A stretch of DNA of 64,000 nucleotides, taken from the NCBI RefSeq assembly GCF_006345805.1, contig NC_043011.1, positions 3,286,001 to 3,350,000 on the forward strand, written 5' to 3'. The notes below the pieces were generated by a model. That model made no database searches, had not been told where the DNA came from, and saw only the letters and a list, made by a program, of their open reading frames with translations. Shown here piece after piece: positions 1 through 12,122 of this stretch; positions within the stretch are counted from its first letter, which is position 1; each line of letters opens with the position of its first letter. Position numbers and translations under genes: made by a program. This DNA is from Octopus sinensis. Its lineage: Eukaryota.

Positions 1-93
1 AAAGTGGTAAGACTACTAAATAGAAACACCTAAAAATCTGAGGATATTGTCTTGAATTACCATCTGGGAAATATAGTTCTAATGTTGCATCAC

Positions 94-307
94 TACTCTT
101 TTACTCTTTTACTTGTTTCAATCATTTGACTGCGGCCATGCTGGAGCACCGCCTTTAATCAAGCAACTCGACCCCGGGACTTATTCTTTTTGTAAGCCCA
201 GTACTTATTCTATCAGTCTCTTTTTGCCCAACCGCTAAGTAACGGGGACATAAACACACCAGCATCGGTTGTCAAGCAATGCTAGGAGGACAAACACAGA
301 CACACAA

Positions 308-338
<31 letters not shown>

Positions 339-504
339 CATATATACGACGGGCTTCTTTCAGTTTCTGTCTACCAAATCCACTCACAAGGCTTTGGTCG
401 GTCTGAGGCTATAGTAGAAGACACTTGCCCAAGGTGCCATGCAGTGGGACTGAACCCGGAACCATGTGGTTGGTAAGCAAGCTACTTCCCACACAGCCAC
501 TCCT
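94..504 (-). mobile_element. tRNA-derived SINE, family A (octopus-type; central TA/TG microsatellite, GAGTAAAA-repeat tail)
   Basis: Reverse complement of the recurring ~410-470 bp element: head AGGAGTGGCTGTGTGG (A-box-like), GGTTCAGTCCC (B-box-like), CCTTGGGCAAGTG (CORE-like motif), tail GAAACAAGTAAAAGAGTAAAAGAGTA. Many further copies in the window. Confidence 0.9.
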
Positions 505-599
505 ACTATCATCAGCTGATTGAGAAACACACTTCATTGTTTACAACACATCAGTATCCCTTCAGATTTAAATTGACTTCAAGTCATTTTCTTGATATA

Positions 600-3130
600 T
601 TCAATCAAATTCACATCAATATTCATCAGGAACTTATAAAATTTGCAATACTTCCTCAATTGAAGATAATTTGAACTCTTGACTAATCCTATTCAGAACA
701 TTCAAAATGCTCGAAACATCTTTCCACATGGCACTGTATGTGGGAAGACACTTATAACTAGCTTAATTCTATATTTCCAACCTACATTTATTCTAATCAG
801 ACAATCTGTCTATAGTTTCAGCCAAATTTTTATGTGGCATTTGCCAGTTCCCACTATATTGGGAATTCAGTTCAACATCAAGTCTGAAATTTTTGATAAA
901 TCCAGAAATATGGCCCTAGTGGTTTAGCCATGTTATATTATTATACTTGCAGGAAATAACCCAGCCAAAAATCTGGTACAACCCAACTTTTTGAACTAAT
1001 TAGTGTTCAATTTCTCCAAGAACATAAGAAATCTTTCCTGTATCCATTTTGCCATGGTAACATGACGAGATGATTATTACAAGTTTGAATATTTCTTTTT
1101 AAACTGTTGCAGTAAATAGTTTTATGACCATAGATTTCTCCTATACTTGGATAGGGTAATAGAAAACAACTGAAAAACATTTTCCAGTAAAATCAGTAGA
1201 TTCTTTACTTACAGACTCACATTGGTCATAATGTGAGAAGCTTTTACTTTTGAGCCTTGAATGTTTTCTTATCCAATAAAACAGAGATGGCATATTCTGA
1301 AAACTTTACATATTCTTATGTGAAAAGATTAAATTATTTTCTAATTTTTGTTTTTAATGACAGTGAGACAAGAAAGAGCAGCTCTTATAACCAATTTTAA
1401 TATCCTTATAACTAGTGGCAGACAGCAAAGGTGTATTTAAACTATTGACCTGGCTCAAATGCAAGAGACAGAATAGTCTGCTAAATGAATCCAATGCTAG
1501 GTGATGGTATTAAACTCCATTATGAATGAAATCTACAAAATAAGGAAAGTATTAGGCTTAACCAAAGGAAGAAAAATCTTAATAACAAAACAATAAATAT
1601 CGATAAGAACTCTGAGAAAATAATAGGAACTAGGGCTTATATCCACCTGACCGTTTTCTAAAAATATGATGCCATCCTATCACAGACAACAGAGCACACA
1701 GCACTTCTAATCCCAACAAATATTTACTAAGCAAGAGTATGAAATGCCTGCAGTGAATTTAAATTGAATGCCTCAGGGCTGCCAACACGGTGACTTCTTG
1801 ATCAACTTAGCATATTTTCCTTTTCTAATAGAAATGTTTGATCTTCATCATATTGCATTATGTCTATACTCCAGTACAAATGGTTGTGTGTTTAAGAAGT
1901 TCGCTTGGCAACTACAATGTTTTGGATTCAGTCCCACTTTGCAACAACATAGTTGAGTGTCGAAAGTATTGTAGACAGAAATTTATGTTGCTGCTCTTCA
2001 GAGAAATCACTCCTGTTCTTAATGATAAATCTAATATGTTGCCCTGTTTAATACCATCACCTAGCATTGGATTCATTTAGCAGACTATTCTGTCTCTTGC
2101 ATTTGAGCCAGGTCAATAGTTTAATTACACCTTTGCTGTCTGCCAGTAGTTATAAGGATATTAAAATTGGTTATAAGAGCTGCTCTTTCTTGTCTCACTG
2201 TCATTAAAAACAAAAATTAGAAAATAATTTAATCTTTTCACATAAGAATATGTAAAGTTTTCAGAATATGCCATCTCTGTTTTATTGGATAAGAAAACAT
2301 TCAAGGCTCAAAAGTAAAAGCTTCTCACATTATGACCAATGTGAGTCTGTAAGTAAAGAATCTACTGATTTTACTGGAAAATGTTTTTCAGTTGTTTTCT
2401 ATTACCCTATCCAAGTATAGGAGAAATCTAAGATTATTCCAAGAGATTTGACACTTATTCCTTACAATTAGATGAGCTGAAATATATAAAAGTATCTTTC
2501 TGAAAAAATATAACAGAATGCCTCCATAAGATTTGAACTTATGTGCTATTTGCACCAATGCTCTCACCTCACAGTCTGCTGTGAATTTCTTAATGCTAAT
2601 GAAAATCTAAAATTTCCAGAGAACTCTAATCCATGTTTGAAGAGATAAATAGATAAAATGCAGAAAAGAAATCCAAATAAAAATGGAATCCGCCATGCCA
2701 GTATGAAAAATGGGATAATAATTGATATTTATGCATTTAGCCAAATATAAAAAAAAACGATGTGCAAGTACTTCAGAATCCATCACGCTGTTTCAATAGC
2801 AAAGCTCTAGTCAGGGTCCATTTGTTATTGAGTTAATCAAATTTGCCAATGCTATATGGATGAGAAAACACAGTAATATTTTAGCCTAATCCTTTTCCGG
2901 GTGAATCATAACTTCACAAAAGGCAAGGGTTTGAACAAACATGGAAATTTGTAGTTATCAGTTGAATGCATTCTATCAATTATCCTATAAGTTTTATTTT
3001 ATATTTAAATTTCGTTCGGACATATTGAATAGTTTCATTAAACGAGAAGATATAATCCACCGCTTTCTTTTGATTCAAAGAACTATTCCTATTCAACATC
3101 CGTTTTCCCATATTTCTGTGACTGAATTGT
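600..3130 (-). pseudogene. Decayed L1/Tx1-like non-LTR reverse transcriptase remnant
   Basis: Manual minus-strand translation around 1600-2040 gives fragments such as SLRTGVISL and VDQEVTV in the order expected for L1/Tx1 RT domains 1-3; many stops and frameshifts; boundaries approximate. Confidence 0.4.
1131..2430. repeat. 385-bp near-perfect inverted repeat (arms 1131-1515 and 2046-2430, spacer 530 bp)
   Basis: Arm 2 is the reverse complement of arm 1 from TAGATTTCTCCTATAC to GTGATGGTATTAAAC; I found 2 mismatches by eye. Confidence 0.95.
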
Positions 3131-3472
3131 GAATTCTTGCAACAAAGAAAGGGAAAAATCTATTACTAAAACATGATTACATTGATGGTTTAGATTATTT
3201 TTACTGATATTTGATTCAATGAGGCATTAATTCTAATCGAATCAAAAATAAGCCCTCCCAAATAAATGACAATTTTGATAACTTACAATATTCATTTAGA
3301 AAAGGATGTGAAGCAATATACCAAGAAAGTAATATATCTCAGTATATTGCCATATATCATTAGAGTTCATCTGCATGATGGAAGTGAAATATTATAGCTG
3401 TAAAAGTGCAACTGGAGTACAAGCCATAGCACTACATTCATTGTACAATCATTTTTTTTTTACACCTATGCA

Positions 3473-3813
3473 ATGCACAAGAATTTTCTTACCTCTGTTT
3501 TCATGGTTACATAACAGCATTTACTATTTCATAGTCAAGAGTTCAAAAAGTGGAAGCTTACATCTGTGAAAGCACTTCTTTTATAACACGCTAATGTTAA
3601 GGTTTTTTAAGCCATTCATTTTACTCCAATAAAGAAAAAAGTAACATATAGGCACAGGAGTGGCTGTGTGGTAAGTAGCTTGCTAACCAACCACATGGCT
3701 CCAGGTTCAGTCCCACTGTGTGGCATCTTGGGCAACTGTCTTCTGCTATAGCCCCGGGCCGACCAATACCTTGTGAGTGGATTTGGTAGACGGAAACTGA
3801 AAGAAGCCTGTCG

Positions 3814-3905
<92 letters not shown>

Positions 3906-4297
3906 TTGTTTGTCTGTGTTTGTCCCCCTAGCATTGCTTGACAACCGATGCTGGTGTGTTTACGTCCCCATCACTTAGCGGTTCGGCAAAAGAGACCGAT
4001 AGAATAACTACTGGGCTTACAAAGAATATAAGTCCCGGGGTTGATTTGCTCGACTAAAGGCGGTGCTCCAGTATGGCCGCAGTCAAATGACTGAAACAAA
4101 AGAGTAAAAGAGTAGTGATGCACAAGAATTTTCTTACCTCTGTTTTCATGGTTACATAAAAACATTTACTATTTCGTAGTCAAGAGTTCAAAAAGTGGGA
4201 ACTTACACCAGTGAAAACACTTCCTTTATAACACATTAATGTTAAGTTATTTTTAAGCCATTCATTTTACTCCAATAAAGAAAAAAAGTAACGTATA
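3473..4297. repeat. ~178-bp direct repeat (3473-3650 and 4118-4297) flanking a SINE A copy
   Basis: Both copies run ATGCACAAGAATTTTCTTACC...AAAGTAAC(A/G)TATA, about 90% identical by eye. Confidence 0.9.
3651..4114 (+). mobile_element. SINE family A, full length
   Basis: GGCACAGGAGTGGCTGTGTGG head, central (TA)n, GAGTAAAAGAGTA tail. Confidence 0.9.
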
Positions 4298-4891
4298 TCA
4301 GTTGAAACAATTTGATAGAACTTCACTATAGAATGTAAGTGAACTCCCAGTGAACTACATCGCTCCAACCTTAATCATCTCAACTTTGATTTCTTTCTCT
4401 CCTATAGGTCAGTAAGTCAATCACACATTGAGAGTTACAAAACATAATTGGCAACCAACTCTGTATTCCATATCTGAAAATGATAAATACAATATTGATT
4501 AATTAAACTCCATTCAAATAATTATTTTAATGAAATAATTTTCAAAATATGCTTTGTCAAGATTTTGTATAAACATTAATCTCTCTGTTGAACCAAAACT
4601 GGGACTTTTTAACCATTTCTGATAGAACTGTTTCATATCTTCTGTTGCTGTTCCAGTGAGTTTGGTCATATTCAGCAGCCTAAAGTGGGATAGATACAGC
4701 CCTGCTGTCTTTTACAAGAAGATTAATTAAATGTCTAATCTTTCAGATGAATTGTTGTATATGTATATGTATATATATATATATATAGTTAATCCAAACA
4801 AGAAAACACAGAAAAAAAAGAGAAAAAACACAGCAACGCGAGGACGTGGAACAATTAAAGTATTATTGACGCTCAGGAAAGAAGGGAAGGA

Positions 4892-4927
4892 GGGTTTAAC
4901 GTTTCGAGCGGAGCTCTTCGTAGGAAA
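4892..4927 (-). ncRNA. Degenerate minimal hammerhead-like motif (short stem II class) in a Penelope-like fragment
   Basis: Minus strand UUU-CCUACGAA-GAGC-UCC-GCUC-GAAAC-GUU-AAA; G5 of the core is not conserved. Confidence 0.45.
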
Positions 4928-5229
4928 CAAGGAGAAGGAAAGATCCCAAGAAGGGAAGACAGAGGAAAAAATATTTTTGCTGGTGGTGCTCAAGAGATCA
5001 CATGTTGAAAGAACAGAAGTTGAGAGGTAGACGAATCATGGTTTTTAAAAGCAAGAGAGTTTCAAAAAAAGGTGTGTGTGCAAGGATGACAAGTGTGTTT
5101 GTGCGTGTGTGTGTGTGTGTGTATTTATGGTGAATAATAAGCAATGGCAAGTAGGCTGTCATAAGGCACTCCTTTATGACTACTAGCTTGTTTGTATCCA
5201 GCCAGGTCAAAAAACAAAGGGGTATATGT

Positions 5230-5905
5230 ATCATGTGTGTGTGTGCATGTGTGTGTTCGTGTGTGTATGCGTAGAGTGTGGGTGTGTGGCGAATAACTGC
5301 TTAACCTAGTGCATGTGTGCGTGTGTGCTTGTACGTGTGTGTGTGTGTAGGGATGTATGTGTGGGTTCATTTGTGTGAGTGTGTATGTATGTACGTGTAT
5401 GTGTGTGCGTGTATATGTGCGTTTGTATGTGTTTGTGTGTATGTGTGCGTGCGCGGATAGGTGTATATTGTGTATGTTTGTACGTGTGTATGTGTGTGGG
5501 AGTGTATAGTATATATATGTAAATGTGTGTGTGTGTGCGTGTGTGTGTACGTGCGTGCGAGTGAATGTATGTATATATGTGTGCGTGTGTGTACAATGTA
5601 GAGGCTTATATGTGTGTTTATATGTTTATACGTGTGTGTGTATGTGTGTATGTGTGTGTATGTGTATGTATGTATGTATATGTATGCGTGTGTGTATGTA
5701 TGTATGTGTGTATGTGTGTGTGTATGTGTGTATGTATGCGTGTGTGTATGTATGTATGTGTGTATGTGTGTGTATGTGTGTATGTATGTATGTATGTATG
5801 TGTGTGTGTATGTATGTGTGTGTGTATGTATGTATGTACGTACGTATGTATGTATGTGTGTGTGTATGTGTGTAAGTGTGTATGTATGTATGTATGTACA
5901 TAATG
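5230..5905. repeat. Large compound (TG)n/(TATG)n microsatellite
   Basis: Direct reading; source of the HT/CV-rich spurious ORFs. Confidence 0.95.
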
Positions 5906-6110
5906 TGTGTGTGTGTTTGTGTGTCTGTGTTTGTCCCCCTAACATTGCTTGACAACCGATGATGGTGTGTTTATGTCCCCATTACTTAGTGGTTCGGCAA
6001 AAGAGACCGATAGAATAAGTACTGGGCTTACAAAAGAATAAGTTGCTCGATTAAAAGGCGGTGCTCCAGCATGGCTGCAGTCAAATGACTGAAACAAGTA
6101 AAAGAGTAAA
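5905..6110 (+). mobile_element. SINE family A, 3' half
   Basis: GTTTGTCCCCCTAACATTGCTTGACAACC...GAAACAAGTAAAAGAGTA. Confidence 0.85.
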
Positions 6111-6149
6111 GAATGTATGTTGTTTAGATATTCATTTATCATCAGATGC

Positions 6150-6690
6150 TGCCTTCTTTGTTAGAAAGAATGCAATTAGAGAACATACGGGTAACTACAC
6201 CCAGTGCAAGCTATGGGCACATAAGAGGCGCAGTGGAATCGCATATAGTTTAACAATGAAAGTCATCTTTTTATGTGGTAGATGCACAGAAAAAATAAGT
6301 GCTGAGAACACATGGAAAGTAGACACTCTGAAATGCCAAGGAGGCTCTCTTGTAGTTGTAGATAGTTTCTTTTACCTAAGTGAGTGGTGGAGGATGTCCT
6401 GAAAGTATTGTTGCCTGAGGTAGAATAGGATGGAGAAAGTTCAGAGAACTATTACCTCCGTTGGTAACAAAAGGACTCCCTGGCAGAGGGAAAGGCAGAT
6501 TGTATGATGCTTGAGTATCACAGTAGTGAGGTATGGGCTCTGAATGCAGAAGACATGCATGTAATAGAGAGGAATAAAGTTAGTATGCTCTATGCAACAT
6601 CAGGGTGCATTTATGACAAAGTGCAAATGTGTTGAAGGAAAAAATTTGACATAAGAGGAATCAGATCTGGAGAGGACTTGTCCACCTCGG
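6150..6690 (+). pseudogene. RTE-clade LINE RT C-terminal fragment
   Basis: Translation FLCGRCT...VVDSFFYL...RIGWRKFRELLPPLVTKGL...GRLYDA...SEVWALNAED matches the typical RTE RT C-terminal pattern; stops and frameshifts present. Confidence 0.7.
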
Positions 6691-7956
6691 CAAAACTGAA
6701 CACTGGAAGCACTGTGTCAACCACCAACATGTAACATTAAGTTTTCACACACCCCACCCCAATAAGCCACACAACATCTCCTCTTCTCATCCTTCTCCCC
6801 CCTCTCCTCTCTTCTTCTCTTCATAACACTTCCTCTTTTCTATATACTATATTTATCTCTCCCTCCCCACTCCTGCATCCCAGTCATGTTCCCCCCACCC
6901 TGCCAACTGTATCCTTGCTATCCTGTCGTCATCCCCTCTCTATATACCCAGATTTCATCTGGCACTCCATACCCCCAGCTTCCCCTCTTTTTGCATTCAC
7001 ATGAACTCCTTTCTTATGCACCCTTGACAATGCTCTACCATTCCACTTAGTTTCTCGTCCCAGTAACTTGGGTGTATGTTCTGGCACATCACCACCTTCT
7101 CTCTTTCTCCCTCTCAACTTTCCTCTCTTTCATTCTCATTCAGTCTCTTTCTGTCTGTGTCTCTGTCTGTCTGTCTGCCTCTCTCTCTCTTTCTCCCTCT
7201 CTAACTATCTATCTATCTAGCTAGCTAGCTATCTCTGTCTCACTGTCCCCTGACTGTAGTAACCACGTGTCTCCCCTACTGCAAGACATCTATTTCTGTC
7301 CCTCTGTCATAATCTAACCTGGCATAAAGTCACCTCCTGGCATTTGGAAGGGTATCCAGCCGTAAAAGCTATGCCAAAATAGACTGTGGAACTTGGTGCA
7401 GTTCTCTGGCCTGCCACAACAAACAGCAATATTCACCCTGTTATGTTTAAACTTGACAGATGCTTTAAGGGGAATGCTCCACCAGTATTCTTAGTGTTGA
7501 TGTTTGTCTATATACTCCATAACAGGAAGATTTGCTATATTTATTCCAGGACAGTCTTCTTTCTAAATGGCATTGTATATTGCTTTTGTTATAACTTTGT
7601 ACGTATGTATGCATATATGTACAATCATACAATCATTCCAGCGGTTCCTGCAACCTCTTGGGCTTGCTTTCGACAAATCTCTTTTTCCGTTGGTTCCTGT
7701 GTCTCTTTTGGATGCCTTTTCTACTTTTTACCCAATACATCATTTTACCTTTGCATTTGGTAATTATTCTATCTTCCCAACTCTGCTTTCCATTCTTGCA
7801 TGCCCTCATATTCACCTTTTCACCAACTGTAAAGAATCTGTTCTTACCAGGTGGCAATTTATCAAAGACTGATTTTACATTCCTTGCAAGCATCAGCTCC
7901 ACTGGTGAGCCACCTGCTGGTGTATTCAGATTTGATGTCACATGGTACACTCTTAA

Positions 7957-8175
7957 CCCTTTAGTATTTAAACCGGTCATATCCGGCCAAAATATTTAAC
8001 CTGTTTTATGTTCAAACTGACCAGATTCAGGCTCTCACACCTATCCTACAATGTTATTCTACATTAGGTAATTACACCATCAAGATCTTGAAGATATGAG
8101 ATAATGCATGATTAATTCAAATCAATGGGAATCAATAAGCATTATGTTTGATAAAATAATCTGAACACTAAAGGG
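7957..8175. mobile_element. piggyBac-type MITE inserted in the Gypsy integrase
   Basis: TTAA target duplication (7953-7956 and 8176-8179) and TIRs CCCTTTAGT(A/G)TT; removing it rejoins QQF-LRVYH. A partial second copy lies at ~40293-40399. Confidence 0.85.
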
Positions 8176-8285
8176 TTAAACTGTTGTAGAGCTACCTCAC
8201 CCATGACTTCCTCATTCGATATTTTAAGGGCTCTTTTGAAGGTATCGACAAAGCATTCTGCCTATCCATTAGATCTGGGTGGTAT

Positions 8286-8706
8286 GGCGGCGAGCTGGCA
8301 GAAGCGTTAGCACGCCGGGCAAAATGCGTAGCCGTATTTCGTCTGCCGTTACGTTCTGAGTTCAAATTCCGCCGAGGTCGACTTTGCCTTTCATCCTTTC
8401 GGGGTCGATTAAATAAGTACCAGTTACCCACTGGGGTCGATATAATCGACTTAATCCATTTGTCTGTCCTTGTTTGTCCTCTCTGTGTTTAGCCCCTTGT
8501 GGGTAGTAAAGAAATAGAAATAGGTATTTCGTCTGCCGCTACGTTCTGAGTTCAAATTCCGCCGAGGTCGACTTTGCCTTTCATCCTTTTGGGGTCAATT
8601 AAATAAGTACCAGTTACGCACTGGGGTCGATATAATCGACTTAATCCGTTTGTCTGTCCTTGTTTGTCCTCTCTGTGTTTAGCCCCTTGTGGGTAGTAAA
8701 GAAATA
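8286..8706 (+). mobile_element. SINE family B (tRNA head, Nin/Meta-like central domain): full copy plus 5'-truncated tandem copy
   Basis: GGCGGCGAGCTGGCAGAA head, GAGTTCAAATTCC B-box, GACTTTGCCTTTCATCCTTTCGGGGTCG domain; second unit starts at 8523; GGTATGGC flanking duplication. Confidence 0.9.
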
Positions 8707-10107
8707 GGTATGGCACCGTAGTTATATGTTCTACTGTGAATGTTTCACAAAATTTTTAAAATTCGAAAGACACAAATTGTGTTCCGTTCTCAGACACTAT
8801 CTTGTCTGAGATGCCAAATCTTGCAAGCAATTCATGTAAAATATTTATTACGGTTGAGGAGGTCGATTTTTTACACTTACAAATTTCAGGCCATTTCGAA
8901 AAACTATCAACTACCTCTAAATAGTAAGAACCGTTTAAAGAACCAGTGAAATCGATGTGTAGTCACGGAACATCTACTTTTGGCCAAGCTTCAATTTTTA
9001 TAGTTGGTAATTTTGCTGATAGAGCACATCCGCTGCAGCCTGTCATCAATTTTTCGATTTCTCTGTCCATTTTTGGCCAGTATACATAACTCCACAGTAA
9101 AGCTTTCATCCTTGAAATATCCGGATATCCGACATGAAATTCTCTTAACATTTTGTTTTGTAGTGTGTTTCTGGTATTACTACTCTCTGTGCATACATCA
9201 GTACACTATCATACATTGAGTATAGGGTCATGCCTTGCTTTCGTTTCACAGTAAACCTATTCCTATTTTCTTCTGTTGACGACAATGTTCATTTTGTTTC
9301 CCTTATAAACTTGTCTTTTAATATATTCCGCTTTATATCTCAGTAACTCTCGAAATACGTTCCACATCACGTTTTTTTTTTATTTCACCTTCAGTTCTTA
9401 GAGCTGTGATTACCCATATATTCGAATGGTTTACCGTGTTTTAGTATCAATCTGGACAAACCATCCACATGCCCTAGTTTTTCGACGGTAAATACTCGAA
9501 TACTCCATTCTGTAGTCGTAATTTAATAGTACAGTTCCCCATTTCTGTAGTCTTTTTTGCTGTGTGTTTTGGGATTCCTTTTTTGGAACCATATATTGTC
9601 AGTAGTGGGCGGTGATGTGTTTGCAAACAGAAACGTCTTCCATGAATAAATCTATGGAACTTCTTGACACCATATATAATTGCAAACAACTTCTTTTTCT
9701 ATCTGACTACAATACTTTTCAGCTGGCAATAACAACCTTGACGCATGGGCTATAGCCTTTCTTCTCTCATCGTCCCGCTTGTGGTGTAGGAGCACTGCTC
9801 CAACCCCGTACTCACTAGCATCTGTAGCCAGTATCGTTTCCAACTTTAGATCGAAATGTGTTAGTGATAGGACAGAAGTTAAAATATTTTTTAACTCCTC
9901 AAATACCTTCTAGCACTTATCTGTCCAAAACCATTTTGTATTCTTTTTCAGGAGTGGCTGTGTGGTAAGTAGCTTGCTTACCAGCCACATGGTTCCGGGT
10001 TCAGTCCCACTGCGTGGCATCTTGGGCAAGTGTCTTCTGCAATAGCCCCGGGCCGATCAATGCCTTGTGAGTGGATTTGGTAGACGGAAACTGAAAGAAG
10101 CCTGTCG

Positions 10108-10155
<48 letters not shown>

Positions 10156-10156
<1 letters not shown>

Positions 10157-10660
10157 GAGAAAGAAGCAACAAGAATGGATTAGTTTTTAGTACAATGTAT
10201 CATCCTCCTCATATCTCTGGAAATTTACATCTACACTACGGATTAATTCACCTTCTCTGTGAAGCTAATAAGCTTATAAGAACCTGTGATAAGACTGTGC
10301 ATCATCATTAAAGAACTTTGGAAATCTGTTTGCAACCTAAATCTGCCTTTAATGAAATTATCTCCAGTACTTCATGAGTATAGCCTCACCCACTAAGATG
10401 TTTGGAGAACTCATATGTACTTTAGCTGATGAGTACGGGACACTTTTATCTGCTGCAATTTTTGCAACTTTTAATAAAGCCTGTCTTTGTATGAAACAAT
10501 TGTACTAAAAACTAGTCCATTCTTGTTGCTTCTTTCTCGTTTATAATCACCCCACATTACTGTATGGTTAACACCATATAGTTTTCTGGTGCATCTAAGT
10601 TAAGTACCATATTCAAGTAAATTCATTGGAATTGACTTGAATCTTAATTGCTTTTATTGA
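10156..10660 (+). mobile_element. Penelope/retrozyme-like fragment with hammerhead and 41-bp inverted arm
   Basis: 10156-10196 is the reverse complement of 10499-10539 (1 mismatch); contains the hammerhead at 10421-10509; bounded by (TA)n. Confidence 0.6.
10421..10509 (+). ncRNA. Type I hammerhead ribozyme (intact core, long stem II, palindromic stem III)
   Basis: Stem I UUUAG/CUAAA; CUGAUGA at 10426-10432; stem II GUAC/GUAU then GGGACA/UGUCUU, CUUUUAU/AUAAAG, UGCAA/UUGCA; GAAA at 10493-10496; ACAAUUGU palindrome; GUA cleavage triplet ending at 10504. Confidence 0.8.
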
Positions 10661-10703
<43 letters not shown>

Positions 10704-10941
10704 CTTGTGTGTCTGTGTTTGTCCCCCTAGCATTACTTGACAACCGATGCTGGTGTGTATACGTCCCCCGTAACTTAGCAGTTCGGCAAAAAGAGACCGA
10801 TAGAATAAGTACTGGGCTTACAAAGAATAAGTCCTGGGGTCGATTTGCTCGACTAAAGGTGGTGCTCCAGTATGGCCGAAGTCAAATGACTGAAACAAAA
10901 GAAAAAAAAAAGCAGTTCATGAGTGGGGCCTTTATATTATA

Positions 10942-11518
10942 TGTAGTGATCCTACAACGGCGTGCGCTCGCGCACCGTCCATTTGTATTTCGCGCGTGTT
11001 GGTGCCTTCACCAAGGCACAGAAAGGAAGGGCCCTCTCGCGCATGCGCGAACCACCGGAAGCACGACCCTAGCGAGGCAAGGGGGATCGTAGAACGATTG
11101 ACCGCTAGCAGCAGTCATCGGGGACTTGGGACCCAGCGATTGAAGGCGGCGGTCACGCATATATTCTCTCCGGTTGATAGCAGCAGTCGGCCGAATACCT
11201 TTAACCAAATTGTTGCCGACCACATTCAACTTCCCTGTTCGACGCCATCTTGACCCCTTTCTGTTTTTGGGCTGAAGATTGTAAATATTACAATCTATTA
11301 ACTTTCAGCCTTGCGCGCCCAGAATCAAGGACATCAGATAACACACTTATTGTTATTGTTTACCAAGAAAGAGAATAAAGTAGTTATATGTATATTTTAC
11401 GTCTGTGTCTTGTTTCTGACTAGTAGAGATTCTGGATTATTAAAGCAACGGCTAGTGAGTGATTGCTTTGTGCACCCCAAAAGTGCACGAGGATATTCAC
11501 ACTCATAAGTTCGTTTCA
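10942..11518 (+). mobile_element. Solo LTR-like element (577 bp) inserted in Gypsy pol
   Basis: TG...CA ends, TATA 4-bp duplication on both sides, AATAAA near 11374, CpG-rich; excision restores pol LNIYNIKAP. Confidence 0.7.
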
Positions 11519-11561
11519 TATATATGTTTAGAATATAAACTTGATAATAGTTCACCAAACT

Positions 11562-12122
11562 TTAAAATATTGTAATGTTTGTTGAGGGGGGCATATTTCT
11601 TATTGCATTCACCCTTGTTGGATCTGATCTGCGTCCATCATAATCAATGACTTGTCCTAAGTATTTGATTTTTTTCAGCAAGAATTCACACTTTTCCTCT
11701 GTTAATCTGAACTCGTATTCGCTTATTTTCCTGAATACTCTTTTAATATGTTCTAAGTGTTGCTCCTGTGACTTACCCTTTATCAAAATATCGTCCAAAT
11801 AGGTGATAGCGAAATCACAGTCATTTGGCATCGCATCCATTATTTGCTGAAATATGGCAGGAGCCACTTTTACTCTGAAGGGAAGCTGCTTAAATCTAAA
11901 TAAATCATCGTGTTTGTTTATTGTTAACAAATGTGTGCCTTCTTCCTCTACTTGTATTTGTAAATATGCCTCCGGGAGGTCTAATTTTGAGAAAAATTTT
12001 GCTTCTTTTAATTTTGCAAACACTTTCTCCAGACTCGACAATGGATAGTTGTGTGCGACTAAGCAGGCATTCAACCCTGGTGAAAAAGTTGCACGCACTC
12101 TTAGTTTGTTATTCTTTTCCAC
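11562..12122 (-). pseudogene. Gypsy reverse transcriptase ORF fragment
   Basis: ORF track protein contains DLPEAYLQI, LPF, YLDD and EKCEF...IKYLGQVI motifs. Confidence 0.9.

Larger units (their letters stand above)
9951..10905 (+). mobile_element. SINE family A split in its (TA)n tract by a hammerhead-bearing insert (5' half 9951-10155, 3' half ~10660-10905)
   Basis: Both halves match the family consensus and sit between collinear parts of Gypsy pol. Confidence 0.85.

Noticed and set aside
279-476. Recurrent small ORFs MLGGQTQTH...PEPCGW and ...RFARLKVVLQHG...
   Set aside because: They derive from SINE A sequence and recur with every copy; no evidence of coding.
5125-5955. Many long ORFs rich in HT, YI or CV dipeptides (also at 33.8, 38.1, 44.7, 46.5, 52.0, 55.1-56.0 and 61.2 kb)
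   Set aside because: They are translations of TA/TG/TATG microsatellites that lack stop codons.
7465-7480. AAGGGGAA-TG as polypurine tract and 3' LTR start
   Set aside because: It is on the wrong strand for the Gypsy element and the following sequence does not match the 5' LTR.
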